DNA from: an uncultured Gemmatimonadales bacterium | GTDB taxonomy: Bacteria > Gemmatimonadota > Gemmatimonadetes > Gemmatimonadales > GWC2-71-9 | DNA: 64,000 nucleotides | Direction of reading: 5' to 3' | Assembly (NCBI GenBank): GCA_963739455.1 | Contig: CAVUAK010000001.1 | Coordinates: 864,001-928,000, forward strand | In this document: positions 61,845-64,000 of the stretch, piece by piece | How positions within the stretch are numbered: position 1 is the stretch's first letter | Layout of the letters: each line of letters starts with the position of its first letter | The notes under the pieces: model-generated | Told to the model about the DNA's origin: nothing | Database searches by the model: none | Seen by the model: the letters and a program-made list of their open reading frames with translations, nothing else | Made by a program: the position numbers and the translations under genes

Positions 61845-62639
61845 ATGACAGTCACCACGATGAACCCACCCGGCACCTTTTCCTGGATCGAGCTCGCCAC
61901 CACCGACGGGCCCGCGGCGAGGGACTTCTACAGCAAGCTCCTGGGGTGGGAGGTACGGGAAACACCAATGGGCCCCGACTTCACCTACTACATCTTCCAG
62001 CAGGACGGCGCGGATGTGGCTGCGATGTACCAGCTCGTGCCCGACCAGCTCAAGATGTCCATTCCGCCCCACTGGCTGTCCTATGTCGCCGTCGCCAGTG
62101 CCGATGAGACGAGTGCCAGGGCGGTCTCGCTCGGCGGGACCATCCTCAAGGAACCATTCGACGTGGGCACGCACGGGCGCATGGCGATGATCCTGGATCC
62201 ACAAGGCGCCGGCTTTGCGCTCTGGCAGGCCTACGACAACGGTGGAATCGGGAAGCGCGGTGAATCCGGAACGCTGGTGTGGAATGAACTTGCGTCCACT
62301 GACATCAAGGGAGCGACGGCATTCTACGCCGGGCTCTTCGGCTGGGACACCAAGGTCATGCCGATGCCGGGCATGGACTACACGATCTTCGAGCGCGAGG
62401 GATCGGGAGTTGGTGTCGGCGGGGGTTACCAGATCACGCCGGCCATGGGGCCGATCCCCTCCAACTGGCTTCCCTACTTTGCGGTGAATGATTGCGATGC
62501 CACCACATCTGCTACTGTCGCCGGTGGTGGCGCGGTGTTGATGCCGCCGCAGGACATTCCTGACGTCGGTCGCCTCGCGATGCTGCGTGATCCGGCGGGG
62601 GCGGCGTTTGCGATCCTCAAGCCGATGCCGCGGAGTTAG
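61845..62639 (+). CDS. VOC/glyoxalase family protein (two domains)
   Basis: FSWIELATTD..AARDFY, WLSYVAV, WNELAST, WLPYFAV, DPAGA. Confidence 0.9.
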   Translation: MTVTTMNPPGTFSWIELATTDGPAARDFYSKLLGWEVRETPMGPDFTYYIFQQDGADVAAMYQLVPDQLKMSIPPHWLSYVAVASADETSARAVSLGGTILKEPFDVGTHGRMAMILDPQGAGFALWQAYDNGGIGKRGESGTLVWNELASTDIKGATAFYAGLFGWDTKVMPMPGMDYTIFEREGSGVGVGGGYQITPAMGPIPSNWLPYFAVNDCDATTSATVAGGGAVLMPPQDIPDVGRLAMLRDPAGAAFAILKPMPRS

Positions 62640-62703
62640 GAGTCAAGGGTTAGGAGTTAGGAGTGTTGGCCTCTCCTGGCTCCTAACCGTCAACTCCTAA
62701 CCC
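62633..62703. repeat. heptamer tandem-inverted array, family C (GAGTTAG), between convergent genes
   Basis: GAGTTAG GAGTCAA GGGTTAG GAGTTAG GAGT ... CTCCTGG CTCCTAA CCGTCAA CTCCTAA; contains both TAG stops. Confidence 0.85.
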
Positions 62704-63218
62704 TTCACCATTCGAAGAATCCAGCTCAAGACAATCCACGCCAGCCACAGTGATCCCGCCACAATCGCTGCGAACAGCAGGCTGAATACCACCACCACCC
62801 ATTTACTCTGCCGCTCGGCTCGGCGTGGATTCGCCAGCCACGCGTCCAGCAGCTTCCGGTTCTTCGTGTTCGCCTTCCAGGTCGCATCGAACAGGTCACC
62901 GATCAGTGGCACCGCACCGAACACCGTGTCGATGGTGATGTTCATCAGCATCCGCGCCAGCACCGGCACCGGGGCGCGCAGCTTGAACGCCAGCATCAGC
63001 GCGTACGCGCCGAGCGCGCTCACGGTGAGGTCACCGACCCCGGGCACCAAGCCCACGATGGAGTCGAAGCCGAAGCGGAACTTTGTGCCCGGGACGCGGA
63101 ACATTTCGTCCGCCCCCCAGGCCAGCTTCCGGTAGCTCTCCAGCATCTTGTCGTCCCGCGTACTGACGAGCGAGGGCGCGGGTGGGACAGGACTGGTTGT
63201 CGGTGGTTTCCTTGCCAT
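62697..63218 (-). CDS. DUF4112 family membrane protein
   Basis: FRVPGTKFRFGFDSIVGLVPGVGD, GAVPLIGDLFD..WKANTKN. Confidence 0.88.
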   Translation of the reverse strand: MARKPPTTSPVPPAPSLVSTRDDKMLESYRKLAWGADEMFRVPGTKFRFGFDSIVGLVPGVGDLTVSALGAYALMLAFKLRAPVPVLARMLMNITIDTVFGAVPLIGDLFDATWKANTKNRKLLDAWLANPRRAERQSKWVVVVFSLLFAAIVAGSLWLAWIVLSWILRMVKG

Positions 63219-63261
63219 GGGCGAAGGATACCCCGGCACGCGTGTCAGAATGCGCCCCACT

Positions 63262-63465
63262 TGCCCTCCACCACGACCTGATGCAGCTGGTGAGGGCTAC
63301 CGGCTCACGTTCGTCATCTACCTCGCGGCCACGCTGTTACCATTGGTGGCACCCTGGCTGGCGCTCATCGTCAATGTTGCGGTGCGCCTGCACCTCCCGC
63401 GCATCGCACACCAGCATGCCACGCGCCTGCACGAGGCTGCCTCCCGCGCGAGCGTCAGAACGTGA
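63262..63465 (+). pseudogene. possible remnant of a membrane protein gene (TMEM175-like fragments)
   Basis: ALHHDLMQLVRAT in one frame abuts GYRLTFVIYLAATLLPLVAPWLAL in another; no clear start. Confidence 0.3.
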
Positions 63466-63491
63466 TGCCGTCCCTATACCACGGTCACTCC

Positions 63492-63986
63492 ATGCGCCTG
63501 GCCATCACTTCGTTCCATGCGGCCGCACTCACATTCCTGCTTGCGTCGACCATCCGCGCGCAGGCCCCGACCGGAGAGGAGGCCGCGGCCCTTGCCGTGG
63601 CCGATTCATCCCTGGCCGCGATCAGCCGCTCCGACTTCGTCGGCTTCACCGACTTCATGCTCGACTCGGCCGTCACCTTCTCCGCCGGACAGCGGAATGG
63701 CCGGTACCAGGTGCAGTTCAACACCAGGGCCGCGCAGCGGGCCATGCGCACTACCTCCCGCTTCACCGAGCGAGGGTATCACCCCACCGTCATGGTCTCG
63801 GGCCCTGTCGCCATGGTGTGGCTGCCCTACGACTTCTATCAGGATGGCAAGTGGTCTCATTGTGGCGTTGACGTCTTCACGCTCCTCAAGACCGAGGTCG
63901 GCTGGCGCATTGCCACCGTGGTCTGGAGTGCGGATCAGCCGCCAGTGTGTTCCCCACACCCCGATGGCCCGCCACCGGGTCCGTGA
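63492..63986 (+). CDS. secreted NTF2-like (SnoaL/DUF4440-like) protein
   Basis: Signal peptide; VAMVWLPYDFY..GKWSHCGVDVFTLLK..GWRI. Confidence 0.85.
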   Translation: MRLAITSFHAAALTFLLASTIRAQAPTGEEAAALAVADSSLAAISRSDFVGFTDFMLDSAVTFSAGQRNGRYQVQFNTRAAQRAMRTTSRFTERGYHPTVMVSGPVAMVWLPYDFYQDGKWSHCGVDVFTLLKTEVGWRIATVVWSADQPPVCSPHPDGPPPGP

Positions 63987-64000
63987 CATGCTCTTCCACA

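Overview
High-GC bacterial chromosome segment spanning the replication origin. Order around the origin: dnaN <- oriC <- dnaA | rpmH-rnpA-yidD-yidC ->. Housekeeping and RNA genes include rnpB, tRNA-Phe(GAA), pyrE, ddl, hrpB, mutS, holA and upp. Regulators include three Hanks kinases (one coupled to an ECF sigma), a PadR/ADOP pair, an NtrC-type two-component system and a PAS-GGDEF-EAL protein. The gene repertoire suggests Gemmatimonadota (inference). I found no CRISPR array, prophage, integrase or transposase. Eight apparent frameshifts in five genes are all single-base insertions and are probably sequencing errors. The most unusual signals are: (1) dispersed 7-bp and 21-bp period tandem/inverted arrays, most of them abutting stop codons; (2) two genes (rnpA, mtgA) that appear to start at CTG within a CTGA stop/start overlap; (3) an 8-bp repeat encoding part of a signal peptide; (4) a PQQ dehydrogenase and a VirJ-like protein with altered catalytic motifs; (5) a predicted sigma54 module. 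All calls come from reading the sequence by eye; no database searches were run.
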